Assembly (NCBI RefSeq): GCF_006345805.1
Contig: NC_043000.1
Span: 53,692,001 to 53,756,000 of the forward strand
DNA length: 64,000 bases
Reading direction: 5' to 3'
DNA from: Octopus sinensis
Taxonomy: Eukaryota
Shown here: positions 37,621 to 51,029 of the stretch, in pieces
How the letters are laid out: each line of letters opens with the position of its first letter
How positions within the stretch are numbered: position 1 is the first letter of the stretch
Notes under the pieces: generated by a model
The model's input: the letters and a program-made list of their open reading frames with translations, nothing else
Told to the model about the DNA's origin: nothing
Databases searched by the model: none
Translations under genes and position numbers: made by a program

Positions 37621-40189
37621 TGTTATTTATCTGAAATAATATACAATAGAATGTGTGAAATGGCAACATATACAACTAAGAAAAACGGCAGCAATGCCTG
37701 GAACTTCTGAAGGATTCGAGGAATTAGGCAGAATAGATAGAGTTTGATGCAGATATATTAATAAATTAAATTGTTATATAGCTTAACATAAGTAGCAATA
37801 AGTTTTTATTTGGCATCTTCGCAATTTTACTGCTTTTGTTGTCATCTAGCACTAAATTGTCAATTCCATTTGGCGACACTGTTTAAATAAGATATTGTCC
37901 ACAACATAAAAGATTCTGAGAATTCAATATTAGCGAATTCACATTTGCTATTAGTTCATCTTGGTTGGAAGGTCAGCAGCGTCGCAAAATCTAATATTAA
38001 ATCTTGCTATCTCTTCATTGTCTTAAAAAATATGTTTTACAAAGCTCCACCAACATGATAAGTCCCAGAAGTTTTATTCTATGTGATTGGAAGGATTAGC
38101 TAGTGTAATATTTAGTCTTCTCAAAGGCCATCTAATGTAAATAAATATTTTCTAGATTTCAGATTTTATAAAATTAGGGAAACTACGCTCGTGTTACTAG
38201 CAGTACACTATTTAGATATAGAAGCCTCGATATAGATAAAAAGTAAATTGAAAAAACAATCTTTGTTTGCATAAAATTTAGAACAGGGCTATAAACAATT
38301 ACTGGATGCCTAAACTCTGATAAAAACCGCAATAAATATGTACAAGTAAAAGGTTATCATTGATATAAAAATCTATTGATAATAACAAAACTATTTCAGC
38401 GAATGTGCTCACATCATAAACGATAATGTGGGAGCCTTCTTACTCATAATAGTTAAAAGATGATTCAGTATTAGACATGCTTGACTAAATACAGGACACT
38501 TTAGTTGTAAGGAACTGACAATAAGTATGATGCTAAATTCGTACTTATTAAGGAGTGACTTTTTGTTGAAAGACCTCTTTAATTGAAATTTGAAACTACA
38601 TTGCAGATTTTGAGTCTCTATTCTCCATTAAAATTTTCCAAGTATTAATGTAGAAGAAAATTATTGGTAAATGGGAAGAAAAACGCAGAGTTATGTCTAA
38701 CGCTTGGCAAAATAAAACCACCCGGACTTCGAAAGTTATCCTTCAAAGTGAGTGGGATTTAATCTAACGCTTGAGACTGTAATATTATCATAAGAGAAGG
38801 AACACCTCAGTTAAAGTATTGCGCTGTTCATTTCTTACATTGTTATACCATACTACAAAATATATTCATTTTGGGATCTTATTCGCCGCTAAGGCCTTGT
38901 ATCACTGTCCGAAACTGCCTGTTTGACATTGACGTTATCGACGTTAATGCATTCATCTGAAATGTATCTTATTTCACCATTCTTACCGAAACACAAGAGC
39001 CTGCAATCTTCTCCATTAATCCAATAAAATATAAATATTGATGTTAATAAAGGGAATATGTTATTCAGTTATATTTTACAATCATCATTCTCTGAATTGA
39101 AACGCAAGAATTGTTAGATTTCGATGTATTAAAACCACGAAAAGAGATTAGATATTCTTGTAGACTAAAATGGCTATTATTAACGATGATCTTTGGCAAA
39201 CCTTCATGGACTTATTGTAACTGAAAAGACAGAAGTTGTAATTAGTTTCTTCCGATACTTTTCTTCTTATACATTAAATGTATATTGATGACAAACTGAC
39301 TTTGACCTTGTGGAGTTCGTTATCTGTTAGAACCAATTTACAGGAGTAGATTTTCAACTTCATTTCACTACTGAAATTGTGAACAGTCAAATTAATAGTC
39401 TAAAGACATTAATTTGGGATTTATACCGTTAAGCATCATTCTGTTATATCCATCGTTATGCCGCATAGAAAAATTAGTATCCGCTTATCGTTGAATGCTT
39501 GTTATATACAATAAACAGATGCATATCCTGGAGATTAATTAACACAAGTTTAATGAAACTTGAGCAACTTCATGAAAAATATTGGATTTATCAATCTCTT
39601 AAATACTCTGATCTTATGTTGTTTTTTTTATTTCTAAATCATTAATTTACGTTCATTTTTCAAAAATGTTCATTCACACAGCAAATTAAATATATTTTAT
39701 TCTAGCTCATGGCAAGGATTTACTCTTTCATAAATTTTAGGCTAATAAAACATAAATATATAAAGGACAGATTTAGAAATGAAAATAAAATAAATGACTT
39801 AAAGTAAAACAGTACAATCACTACACATATACTTATCACTAATTAACAAAAATGATTAAAAACTAATTAACAAATTAAAATTAATAGAACGTATTTTAAA
39901 ATGCAATGTTTTCTTTCTAAAATATCACTGAAAAGCACTAATTAGCTGGATGTTTCATGAAAGTAATTGCCACAATATGAATATTTTATGAAATTTTGTT
40001 CAATTACTAAATTTTGATGTTTTTGTTGTTTTTCTTATTGTCATTAATATTTCAATTATTTAATTTTTTTATTGTTTTCCCTACATAACTGAACGCAGCT
40101 TTGTGCGCTTTGGGTACGTACAATGAAATATTCATTCCCGCTTTAGTTTCATATTGTATTGAAGATACCCTTCGTAATATGTGTTCAGT

Positions 40190-40390
40190 GTCTGTGGTAG
40201 GGAACTGGAAGATTACTAGCACATTGGATAAAATGTTTAGTGGCGTTTTATCCGCCTTTTACTGTCTGAGTTCAAATTCCGCGGAAGTTGACTTTGCCTT
40301 TCATCATGTCGAGGTCGATAAAATAAGCACCAAGTGAGCACTGATCTCCATGTAATTGACTTCTCCCTAAATTACTGGCCGTATAGTGTG
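40190..40390 (+). mobile_element. MetaSINE
   Basis: ctgagttcaaattccgcggaagttgactttgcctttcatcatgtcgaggtcgataaaataagcacc. Confidence 0.8.
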
Positions 40391-40734
40391 TACAGTAGTA
40401 ATGTTTTTTCATATATACTGTGAATAATCCCAACTGCCGACATTTTCGTGATGTAGATTTCTGCATATTTTAAGATCATTTCCAAGACACTAGTAGCGTC
40501 AGGGAATATTTCCATTTTAATCTCCATATCATAGTGATCGTATATTCCAATCTTTAAACATAGATAATTTTTCATTTCTTGCACAAATATATTTTCAGCT
40601 GTCGGCACTGTTAATTCAGTCAGGGGACAATTACCTTGGACAAGAAATAGTCACATGGATACATAAATACATACACACATGGATACATACATATATACAC
40701 ACACACACACATATACATACATAATGCGATGAAC

Positions 40735-40885
40735 TTCTTTCAGTGTCTGTCAACCAAAACCACTCATAAGACGTTGGTTGGTCCGGTTATATAGTAGAAG
40801 TACCTCCCCAAGGTGCCACGAAGTGAAAGTGAACCCGGAACCACGTGCTTGATACGCAGATTCCTTATTACATATCCATACTTGG
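40735..40885 (-). mobile_element. SINE family A head
   Basis: cttctttcagtgtctg...ccactcataagacgttggttgg...atagtagaag...caaggtgccacgaagtg. Confidence 0.75.
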
Positions 40886-41574
40886 TTTCTTGCGGCTGCA
40901 CAATGAGCTACCGTCCATAGCTATGTAAGTTACTAGCTTCAAATGCAGTGCTTGTTTTACAAATATAACTGATAAAATATTGATCAACTCTTTGCTTATA
41001 GCAATGAGTACTTGTCGAATATGCTAAGCAATAGGAATTTACTGAGAACCAGATGCTTGCAAAGCGAACTTCTTAATCCTACCTTAATCTAAAATGGACT
41101 TAAACCTCTAAACTGTAATGTAAAATAAATCTAACTGCTATGTTTAACAAGCTAGAAAATTAGATTGGAAATGTTTTCCTACTAAGCAGACGGTTATGAA
41201 TTTTCTCTGACTAATCTAGATGTGGCAAACATTACATGGCGGAAATTATATACAAGGCACTACATATTTTTGTTAGAAATGTAAAGAGTTTAAACTCTAA
41301 CTAACTCGAAATTCAAATTTGATTATTGCTGAAATATTGCCCACATAGTTGTAACAGTGGTCCTGCATTATATCGCATCCAAAATAGATTTTACAGATTG
41401 GCAACATTTAATTCACTAACACACTACAGACAATTCTTCATTAAATGTGGTACCCTTCTCCCCTAGAGCATAGAGAAAAGTAAAGAAAATAATAACTAAA
41501 ATTGGAAATATAGCCGAGAGACAATATCTTAAATTTTGTACGAAATGGTACGCGTGGAAAAATATATTAATTAG

Positions 41575-41578
41575 ATTG

Positions 41579-41632
<54 letters not shown>

Positions 41633-41705
41633 TTAATAATAATGATGATGATGATGATGATGATAGTGATTATTATTACTATTATTATTATTATTATTAT
41701 TATTA
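41575..41705. repeat. (AAT)n-(GAT)n-(ATT)n compound microsatellite
   Basis: Directly visible; source of the poly-I/M ORF. Confidence 0.95.
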
Positions 41706-43020
41706 TTGCCTTTGCACAGCTTCTAACACTGGAGATGTACTACGGTGTCAGCTGCAATTGCTCCACTCTTATTGCAACCCCTATTTGTTCCATGTACTTC
41801 TCGAGATTTTTACTCCGACAATTATTGGTATTATGCTACCTTTCTCATCGACCACAACTGCTTAACTTCCCAAGCTAACCTGTCATACCTCTCGACTTTT
41901 CTTTCTTCCTTATCGTATACTTTGTTGTCAGCTGGGCATGCTATATCTATGATCCAGCATAGTTTAATTTCTTTCTCAATTAAAACTGTGTCTGGCTTCC
42001 TATTCTCTACCTCATGGTCGCACTGAATTATAAAATTCCATTGGATCTTTGCATTTCCTTCCTCGACTATGTCTTCAAGTTTGTGGTCGTACCAATTCTT
42101 TACTCTGTCAAATACATACTTGTTGCTAAGTGTCTAGTGGACAAGCCTGGCTATATTGTCGTGGAGTCTCTTATATTCCTTCTGGGCTAGTGGCGTACAT
42201 TGGCTGGTAATCTGGCATACGGTTTCACGGTTTTGTCCACAGATTATGCACTTATCACTCTTTGTTGTGTTGTCTGTTCTGTATTTTATGTAGCTTGCTT
42301 TTAATGCTTGCTCTTGGCCAGCATAGATTAGTGCCTCCAGTTCCGGTTTTAGATCAAATTTTAGTCATCAACAGCCATCTATTTTCTCTGTCGGTCTTAT
42401 CTCCAACATCCGCATGAAATTGATCATGCATTCCTTTCTTTAGCCACCTATTTTCAGTTTCATTTGTTTTCAATTTCTTGTATAGTGCTTTATCTTTGCA
42501 ATCTTTCATCCTACACAAGCCTGACATTCCTATCTCTAATAATAGCGGTTCTGTGGCATTTTTCTACATACCATGCTATGTTGTTTTCTTTTGCTGTAAT
42601 GTCGTCCTCTCCCCTTTCTTTTTCTTGGTACATACAGTATGTCTGTGTCACTGTTTGGGTGGAGTGACCCATATCTTGTTAGCAACTTCCTTGCTTTTCT
42701 GTCTAAGTTGTTTAGTTCGTCTACTGTCCATGCGATTACTTCTGTTCCATATTTAATGAGTGAAGCAGCCCAGGTGTTGATAGCTTCGATCTTATTCTGT
42801 CCATTTAATTTCGACTTAAGGATCAGTCTCAGTCTCCGGAAGTACTCCACCTTAAATTTTTTGCCATTTATTTCGCCCTCAATTTATCCTTTTCCAGAAT
42901 CCCCAAGTACTTATAGCCCATCCCGTCTACCTGTTTCGTTAGACCGTCCATACATTTGATAATACGCCACAATTTCTCAGTGCGAGTTCCATTCTGATAT
43001 CAGCACTGAAGGTATATACC
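41705..43020 (-). mobile_element. R4/Dong-clade LINE copy A (5'-truncated; post-RT domain to RLE C-terminus)
   Basis: TVYTFSADIRME, EYFRRLRLILKSKLNGQNKIEAINTWA...LDRKARKLL...LHP...LYVPRK and KVERYDRLAWEVKQLW; ends in an (AAT)n tail on the element strand. Confidence 0.85.
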
Positions 43021-43077
<57 letters not shown>

Positions 43078-43119
43078 TATTATTATTATATTATTATTAT
43101 TATTATTATTTTTATTATA

Positions 43120-45300
43120 TGTTTCACTTTTGCTTTGAATTAGTACAAGTTGACTTCAAGTCTCACCCAGAGACCCCAAAAGACAAGTTAGAAGTTCATG
43201 TTGGTGTTATTCCTAAGGTGTTCCATATTTTGTTTTGCACATAGTATTGTTCTAGAGAATGTTTAAGAAAATATGAGAAAATTATGAGATTGTTTTAAAA
43301 TTTGAGATTACGCAGACAATAGTTCACGTAGGATATGGGCAGTTCTACTGCGCACTGTCTTTTGAATTTCTGCCATTTTGGGGATTTTGCAGATTACCCG
43401 GCGAATATACTGTGCTGCTTTCTCATGCCTGTTGAGACACTCCGTAGGAGCAAGACGACTGCACATGGAGTTAACCTGATCAATGGTATCATTTTGTTGT
43501 TTACAAAAACATGTTAGGATACTGCTGTTCTTTAATGTTGGCCTGGTAGATAATATGTTGATCATGGGCTGCTATGATAAACCCTTCTCTTTCTGATTTT
43601 AAGCTAGCAGACACTAACCACTGATGGTTAAGTGTTTTGTCAATATCGGCATTATTAGCTCTCTTTGAGTATTTTCCACTGAGAGGTTTTATTTTCCATT
43701 TATCAGTAAGAATATCTAAGGCAGCAGTTTTAGCACGGGCTTTCATACGCTTAACTTTTTATGTGCTTGTTTCCCATACGTATAATTCTAGGATTTGTTG
43801 TATTTGGAATTCACTTAGATACAGTTTTGATACTGAATATGTTTTCTTGTTTTCATGCTTTGAGACAATTTTTAATATACAGTCATCATAGTTTTTCACG
43901 TAGGTGACTAGGGCAATTTTCTTGGCAGGTAGAGCCGTTCTATATCTGCCTTATGGCGCTGCATGCTATGCATTGTCAACAATTTTCGTATTTTTCTGTC
44001 AAGATATTGAAACTGTAAGTCACGTCTATAATTTTTTGGTTCATTTGTTTCTTTATTTTTTGGAAGTTGGAATGATCTACCATTAACTAGCCAAGAGGGA
44101 ATCATACTAGGTTGTTACAAAACATTGTTGTAAAGGTTTGTTAGCAGTTCATGGCTCCCTGGGAAGGCATTCAACCAGAAGTCAGCAATTTTATCCTTTC
44201 CTGGAGACTGCCATTTATTTCACTTCCTGAGAGCAGATCTTACATCCTCTACCTTTATACCCTCCCACTTTTACTCTTGTAAGGAGTCTAACTCAGTAGA
44301 TATTCTATCAATCCAAGAAGCCTTTTCATTGTGTGCTTTTTCTTCTGCCCAAATTTTATTCCAAAATTCCTACACTTCTTCTTTTGATGAGACAGACTTT
44401 ACTTTATTGTAACTAGTATTTTCCCTATCTTCTTGTAAAAATTGTTAGGATTATTTTTAAATATGTCCTTGAAGAATCTAACGAGTTTTTCATACCTTGC
44501 TATGCGGGCAGCTTTAGCATATACCTTTTGCTTGATAGTTTCTATGGTGCTATTGATATTATATTTTTCTTTAATTTTCGGATTTTTGTTGGTTTGATAG
44601 TCTTGTAAAATTTAAGCTTTTTTTTTAAACATTCTATGGCACACCTAATTAGCTGAATTTGGTGTTGAACACGCTCTTCCCAAGTAGGCATTTTGTGGGA
44701 ATTTTGTCGTTTTCTAATCTTTTCACCACATAAAATCGTTGAGATTTTCGCGGATGCATAGTACACGTGGTTGAAAACTATAATATCAACATCATTAGCT
44801 GAAATTATATACTTAAATGCAAGGCGTATTTTAACAATAACGTTTAGGTCTTGGTTAGAATTGCGTCATTCTTACTGTTTCTTTTTAATTTTGTGCCATT
44901 CAATCATTATTTAATTTTTTTAGATCACGTAGTTCTGTTGGGTGAATTTCTGTGTGACTTTCGTCATGTATTTGATTTTCATCTTCCTTAGTATTTATGG
45001 TTGTTTCAGTGTGTATTTCACTTTTCTTATCAGTTACATTGACTCTTTCAATCATTATTGCATTTTCATCAGACCTAGGTTGGTCTATGATTATTTCCTC
45101 TGTAGTATCTTCCTTAGTTGCAACTTCGTTCATTTTATCCCTTACTGATTGTTTAATTTAGTCAGTCTCTACTTAACTTAGTAATTTCTTTTTCATAATG
45201 TTTCTTCTGACATCGGTAAGTTTGTTACTGTCTATGTAGGGTCTTACTTCAAGGTATTTCTGTCTCCAGTTAAAGTAGGTTTGTACAGCATTAGATTTCA
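43120..45300 (-). mobile_element. R4/Dong-clade LINE copy B with internal deletions
   Basis: N-terminal region (PTWEERVQHQI), IPSWLVNGRSFQLPKN...PKNYR joined to LDRKIRKLLTMH, KWKIKPLSGKY...REGFIIAAHDQ, RHEKAAQYI...CK joined to PKMAEIQK; (AAT)n tail. Confidence 0.8.
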
Positions 45301-45454
45301 TTGTAGGAAATATATAGCAAGATAGAACTTTTTTATTATCTCCCCTAGACAATTTTTATTCTTTTTATTTTGGTTATTATTATCATTGTTGTTATTATTA
45401 TTATCATTATTATTATTATTATTATTATTACTTTTTTTATCAATATCATTATTA

Positions 45455-46017
45455 TTGAGTGAGAGAGCAGTGCATACCATGAATGTGACACTGGGGTAAA
45501 ATATACGAAGCCGAGTTTACCCATCATGACTACACGTCTGATAAGGGTACACGAGGCATCTGCATCCCAAGCATATGTGCATGATGTGTTGATTTCGCAT
45601 CAAGATAAACAGCACAGCACCTTTCAAGTTTGCCCTAGTTAGAATTTTATTCAGGTCAGAGTAACCGTCATCCCACTCAAAAGATCCTTGAATAAGGGTT
45701 GTTTAAGAATGTTGAACGAAACACCTATGTTTCCAGAGGTGAATTATTCATACCCCAAAGAATTCTTCTCAACACACGGCTATGATTCTCCCCCATAATT
45801 TTTACTCGTGATCACCAATGCACATATCGTCAACCACTAAGTAACATGCTCAAATGGCTATGGTCAAACAACTGACAAGCAAATCTGTGGGCATTGAGCA
45901 GAATATTTGCTGTAGCCCATCTTTTATACCAAGACAAAACAATGTCTTGGTATAAAAACATGATGAAGCTTCTAATTAGTTAATATCAGACGCCACGAGA
46001 GCCAGTGAGCTGTACGG
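45455..46017 (-). mobile_element. Non-coding 3' unit of the R4/Dong-like family
   Basis: Ends cactgctctctcactc(aat)n on the minus strand; bounded by (ATT)n on both sides. Confidence 0.8.
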
Positions 46018-46045
46018 CTATTATTATTATTATCATTTATTATTG

Positions 46046-46096
<51 letters not shown>

Positions 46097-46099
46097 GTA

Positions 46100-46497
46100 T
46101 TATTGAGTGAGTTAAATAGCAGTGCATGCCATCAACGTGATACTGGGGTAAAATTTACGAAGCCCAGTGTAACCGTCTGGTAAACTAGGCATATGCAGAT
46201 GTGCGCGACGTGTTGATTTTGCATCAAGATAAACAGCACATGACCTTACAGGTGGTGTCAAGTTAGAATTTTATCCAGGTCCAGCAGCTCCCGTCCCACT
46301 CAAAAGCTTTCTGAATAAGGGTTGTTTAAGGATGATAAACAAAATACCCATGTTTCCAGTGGTGAATAACCCAAACCCCAAAGGATTCTTCTCAACACAT
46401 AGCGATGTTGCTTCCCCACTACATCTGCTCGTGATGAGAGATGCACATATCGTCAGTCACGAAAGGACATACTTACTTGGTTAATGTCGAGCAATTG
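46100..46497 (-). mobile_element. Second non-coding 3' unit of the R4/Dong-like family
   Basis: Alignable by eye to 45455-45860; bounded by (ATT)n. Confidence 0.8.
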
Positions 46498-46499
46498 CC

Positions 46500-46547
<48 letters not shown>

Positions 46548-46548
<1 letters not shown>

Positions 46549-47652
46549 GAGTGAGAGAGCAGTGCATGCCATCAAAGTGACACTGGGGTAAAATATACGA
46601 AGCCCAATATACCCATCATGACTACCCGTCTGATAAAGGTACACCAGGCACATGCATCACAACCATATGTGCGTGACATGGTGATCTCGTATCAAGATAA
46701 CAGCACATGACCTTGCAGGTGGGGCCCAGTTAGAATTTTCTTCAGGTTGAGTAGCCCATCCCACTCAAAAGGTCCCTGAATAAGGATTGTTTAAGGATGT
46801 TGAAAGAACCACCCATGTGGCTTATTGTTTTTTGTCCATCTCCAACATACACTGCAGTTACTTGTTATGTTTCTTTTCCTTATATAATTTTGGTAATTTC
46901 TGGTGGGGAGGCTTTGGTCTTGTGCTGCAATTAAAAATCCTTCAGTCTCAGCTATTGTTGGGATTTTGCTTTGTCTATTTATTTTGCGTTTAGTCTAAAC
47001 CAGTATTTTCTATGAAAGGGGTTTTCTTGCCATCGTCTTATCATGGGTAGTTGCTGTTCCAGTTTTAATTTTGATTTCAGTTGTTTCGTTGTTTCTTCTT
47101 TTTCTTCACACCGGTTATGCACTATGACGTATGTTTTGTATTTATCAGCTTCCTTAAAGATTGAAAACAGTTTTTTTGTTTTGTTCGTGTTTTGTGGCTA
47201 TTTCTATCAGCTCTACTTGCTTCTGAAGTAGGTATTTTTGTAGTCCTGTGGTAGTTATTTTGTAATAGCTTTCTTATTGTATAAGGCCTCTACCACTTTC
47301 TTTACATTGTATATATATAACCTTTCTATGTCAGATTTTGGTTAGTGCATCCTAAATCCTGCAATTAATTTTCTTGTTTTTCTGTCTATTTTGATTAGCT
47401 GATTTAGTGTCCAGTTAAGGATTTTGTAGTTGTAACTTATAGCTGGGACGCCTAGAGTGTTGATACCTATTATCTTGCCTTTCTCACTGAGCTCCGTTTT
47501 CAGTATTAATGTAACTCGTCTATAGTATTCTTTTTTCATTTTCTTTTTTTCGTTTGTGTGTATGTTCATTGATTCCTAACTATTTGTATGTCTGGCTTTG
47601 GTCTAATTCTCTTATTTAATTTGCTTTATCTAGTGTGATGTTGCTACTCTGA
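46548..47652 (-). mobile_element. R4/Dong-clade LINE copy C (5'-truncated, RLE region missing, same 3' unit)
   Basis: YK*LGINE, KEYYRRVTLILKTEL...IDRKTRKL, WQENPFHRKY, ETEGFLIAAQDQSLPTRNY, then a direct join to the 3' unit at ~46820. Confidence 0.85.
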
Positions 47653-47654
47653 AC

Positions 47655-47725
47655 TATTATTATTATTATTATCGTTGTTGTTGTTGTTGTTGTCGTCGTC
47701 GTCGTCGTCGTCATCATCATCATCA

Positions 47726-47794
<69 letters not shown>

Positions 47795-47810
47795 TATTAT
47801 TATTATTATC
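47655..47810. repeat. Compound trinucleotide array ATT-GTT-GTC-ATC-ATT
   Basis: Directly visible. Confidence 0.95.
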
Positions 47811-48096
47811 TTCTTAAAAAAGGATAAATTCAGCGATCCACTTACAATGGCTTTTAAATAAGAATGTATTCCTTTTCAACTCTGCTTCAATTCATCACAT
47901 TTATTTTTCACTTTCATTTCTGTCTCTCTCCCTCTCTCTCTCTCTTTCTCTCTCTTTATCTCTCTCTCTCTTTCTCTCTCTCTCTGTATATATTGAAAAA
48001 GTTTTTCTCTGCTTTGGATGACGTAACACTTTTGTTCATCAACAAAGAACACGTCTGAAACAGCTTTAGTGAACTTCAACCTATCTGCGTTATTAT

Positions 48097-48135
<39 letters not shown>

Positions 48136-49139
48136 CGCACATCAATCCGATGTTACTGTCCATTAAATTTCACACACAACTCTTCGTTCAGTACAAAACT
48201 ACATGTACATAATTCCTATCAAAAGAGCCACTCAGTGAAAGCGAACCCATCACTAGGCTGTTTCCGAGAGGATTTTTTTTTACACAACAGTTATACTCGG
48301 GAGATGACAGGACAAGAAATTATGAAGATTACCCAGAAGATTACCCAGACATGTTATGAAAATTACCCAGAAGATGATAGCTTCAACACATCAGCAGAGA
48401 GGTTCCTTATATAACTGGACGGGAGAATGTTACTATCTATCTTTCTCCTATCACTATATTTATATCTTTTAAGTGACTGAATCTGGAAGTTAATGAAATA
48501 TGCATTTAGCGACTCATCTTATTTTGCTGAAACAATGTATATGTCTAATGAGTGGATTCACTGTCTATATTCAAGTAAAAGAAAGATTGAATACTTTAGC
48601 AAATCGTGTTTCCGTTTCCTCGTAGTTGTGATAATCTCTAAACTAAAAACCAATTCATAAGCTGCTTAATATCAAGTAGTTTGATCAATATGTCAAAACT
48701 TCATGTTAAAATAAATCATGTTAAAAATAAATCGAAATTATAAGAAAAAAAAAACATGGTTGTTTATATTTTTATAATTATTTCTACATATCAATGTGCC
48801 TTATTGATTTTATGTTCAGTTATAAGTATACCAAACACTTCATTCTATTGTTACTTAAAAATTAGACGCCTGTCAATAAAACAAAAGCAAATGATATTCG
48901 TTTTACTTTATTTCACTTATTTGATTGCAGTTATATATTAAATAAGTGTGTGTATCATACACGAATATATTGTGCACAGATATTCTACATACAGTAGAAA
49001 TACTTTATTACGATGCGCTTAAAATATGTCAATTAAATAATTGTTGTGAAATAATGATATTACAATAATTGAAGAAAATTGGTAACTGGGATTTTGGCAG
49101 TATTTCAAGATCTTTATAACTCTATCGTTCTGCTTACTG

Positions 49140-49560
49140 CAACCTACGCCAGTGTGACTTGGAAGAGCACACTCGGGACGGAGAAAAAACTAAATGCATT
49201 TCATCAATGGTGCTCGAGAAAAATTTAGAGAATCAACTGGTGCTACCTTGTTACAAGTGAGCTGATTCTGAGCAGAACGAGATCATGATTATTGCAAGAA
49301 AGTGTAGCAGAGTACTGTTTCCACCCGTTTATCCATATTTTTCAGTGACACAGATCAACGCCACGCCAAAACAGCCATATCTTGGATACCAGCTGACTGC
49401 AGGAGTAAAAGAAGCAGGTCGAAAATCCCATTTCTAAATGAATGGAAGTCTGCATTATGGGGAACGGATGTCCAACACCGTAGCAACCGACTGAACCTGG
49501 GTATCGAAGTTTGACACTTAATGCACAGAGCTGCGGAAGAGGACCTAAATCTAAAACGCC
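49140..49560 (+). mobile_element. RTE-clade LINE post-RT fragment
   Basis: YASVTW...EKKLNAFHQWCxRKI..INW...VTSELILSRT, typical of RTE C-termini. Confidence 0.7.
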
Positions 49561-50064
49561 ACTGAGAGAGAAGGGATATTTGTTATAGAGTTTGTAGACT
49601 ATACGAATATGTTGGTGCTTAGTCTCAGACCAGCAACATTTCTTGTTGACCTACAAACTAAGATATTCTGGCTGCGGCAAATCTCTTTCTTTTTATACAA
49701 ACAGTATATATATATATCTATATTACTTATTGTGTATGCATTGCTTAATAAGCCCTGGTTTCAGCCGAATTATATTCTTTCTTCATTCAGTAAATAAAAT
49801 AACCACATAGGGTGTCAGGCATTTGCTGCAAAATCTCACACGGTCTGTGTGCAATTTCAACATTTCTAAGTCGACTATAAGTAAAATGCATCTGACTATA
49901 GGAAAATCGTTGCCGTTCTGAGAAGTGAAAGAGCTGAGAAGATAAAATGAGTCGCAGTACAACTGCCAAAAGAAGAAAATATAGGAGTGATGGTCTTGAG
50001 ATATTGGTGGTATAAAAAGCAGAAACAGTTGTAGTAACGGTAGGCAAGGATGTGTGGGGTTACG

Positions 50065-50206
50065 TACATTAATCCTAGTGCCCAACTGGTCCTTCTTTTG
50101 TCGATTCCAAATGTATGAAAGATAAACAGGACCGCAGTTGATTTTGAGTGTAGAACATAAAATTTATGAAGTATTTTATCCAAGTGAGTAACGATTCTGC
50201 CAATTC
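50065..50206 (-). mobile_element. MetaSINE (degenerate)
   Basis: agtgcccaactggt...tgtcgattccaaatgtatgaaag...taacgattctgcca. Confidence 0.55.
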
Positions 50207-51012
50207 AGTCTAACGAATGGGATCTGTCTGAACGTGTCGAAGTGCTGTCATCTGCCTGTTGGCTCTCCTCCTGCAACTCAACTTGATTTCGAGCCGGGTT
50301 GTTGCTGCTGGAGAGGACCGATCAGGTAAAGGACCTGGGTATCTTGGTGGATTCCTCCTTTTCGCCTTCGGCCCAGTGCGTCCATGCTGCCAACAAAGCA
50401 CGTGGAATTCTGTTCTTGATTCGACGGTCATTCGGAATGCTCACAGCAGCCATATTCCTACCGCTCTATGTCACGCTGGTGAGACCCATATTGGAGTACG
50501 GGATTCAAGTCTCTTCTCCTTATCTCCTCAAAGACATACAGCATCTCGAAAGAGTCCAGAAGCTGGCTACCCGCATGGTTCGTGGTCTCAAGAATTTGTC
50601 TTATGAAGAAAGGCTGAAGACGCTCGACCTTTATTCTCTAGAAAAACGACGATGCCGTGGAGATCTCATTCTTGCTCACAACATAAGTGGAAAGTGTAAC
50701 CTCTCGAAAGAGCTGTTCTTCACTCCTGCTCCAGAGCGTCGGCTGCGGGGTCATTCCGAAGAGCCGTATCTGCGACGATTTCATCTCAATCGAAGGAGAG
50801 GAGCTTTCTCCGTCCGGGTTGCGGATCCGTGGAATAAGCTGCCAGACGAGATGGTGAAGATGCCGACGACCGCTCGGTTCAAAGCCTCCCTTGACCTCAA
50901 GTGGTCTGATCTCTTTACATGCACACTATCCTGTACATAACTCCATGTCCCCCTACATGGCCTTGCTTTTTGCTTTTTGAGCCAAAAAATTAACTTACTA
51001 ACTAACTAACTT
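50207..51012 (+). mobile_element. Young 5'-truncated CR1/L2-type LINE
   Basis: 213-codon uninterrupted frame 50299-50940 (VKDLGILVD, LYVTLVRPILEY, LERVQKLATRMV, SYEERL...YSLEKRR.RGDLI, WNKLP); 3' stem-loop CCATGT/ACATGG at 50943-50960; (TAAC)n tail. Confidence 0.92.
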
Positions 51013-51029
51013 TTATTTTTGACATGAGG

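Noticed and set aside
48320-48376. Three copies of attacccaga resembling a mini-array
   Set aside because: Units are 10-12 nt with no unique spacers of constant length; not CRISPR-like. No CRISPR, rRNA or prokaryotic signal was seen anywhere in the window.
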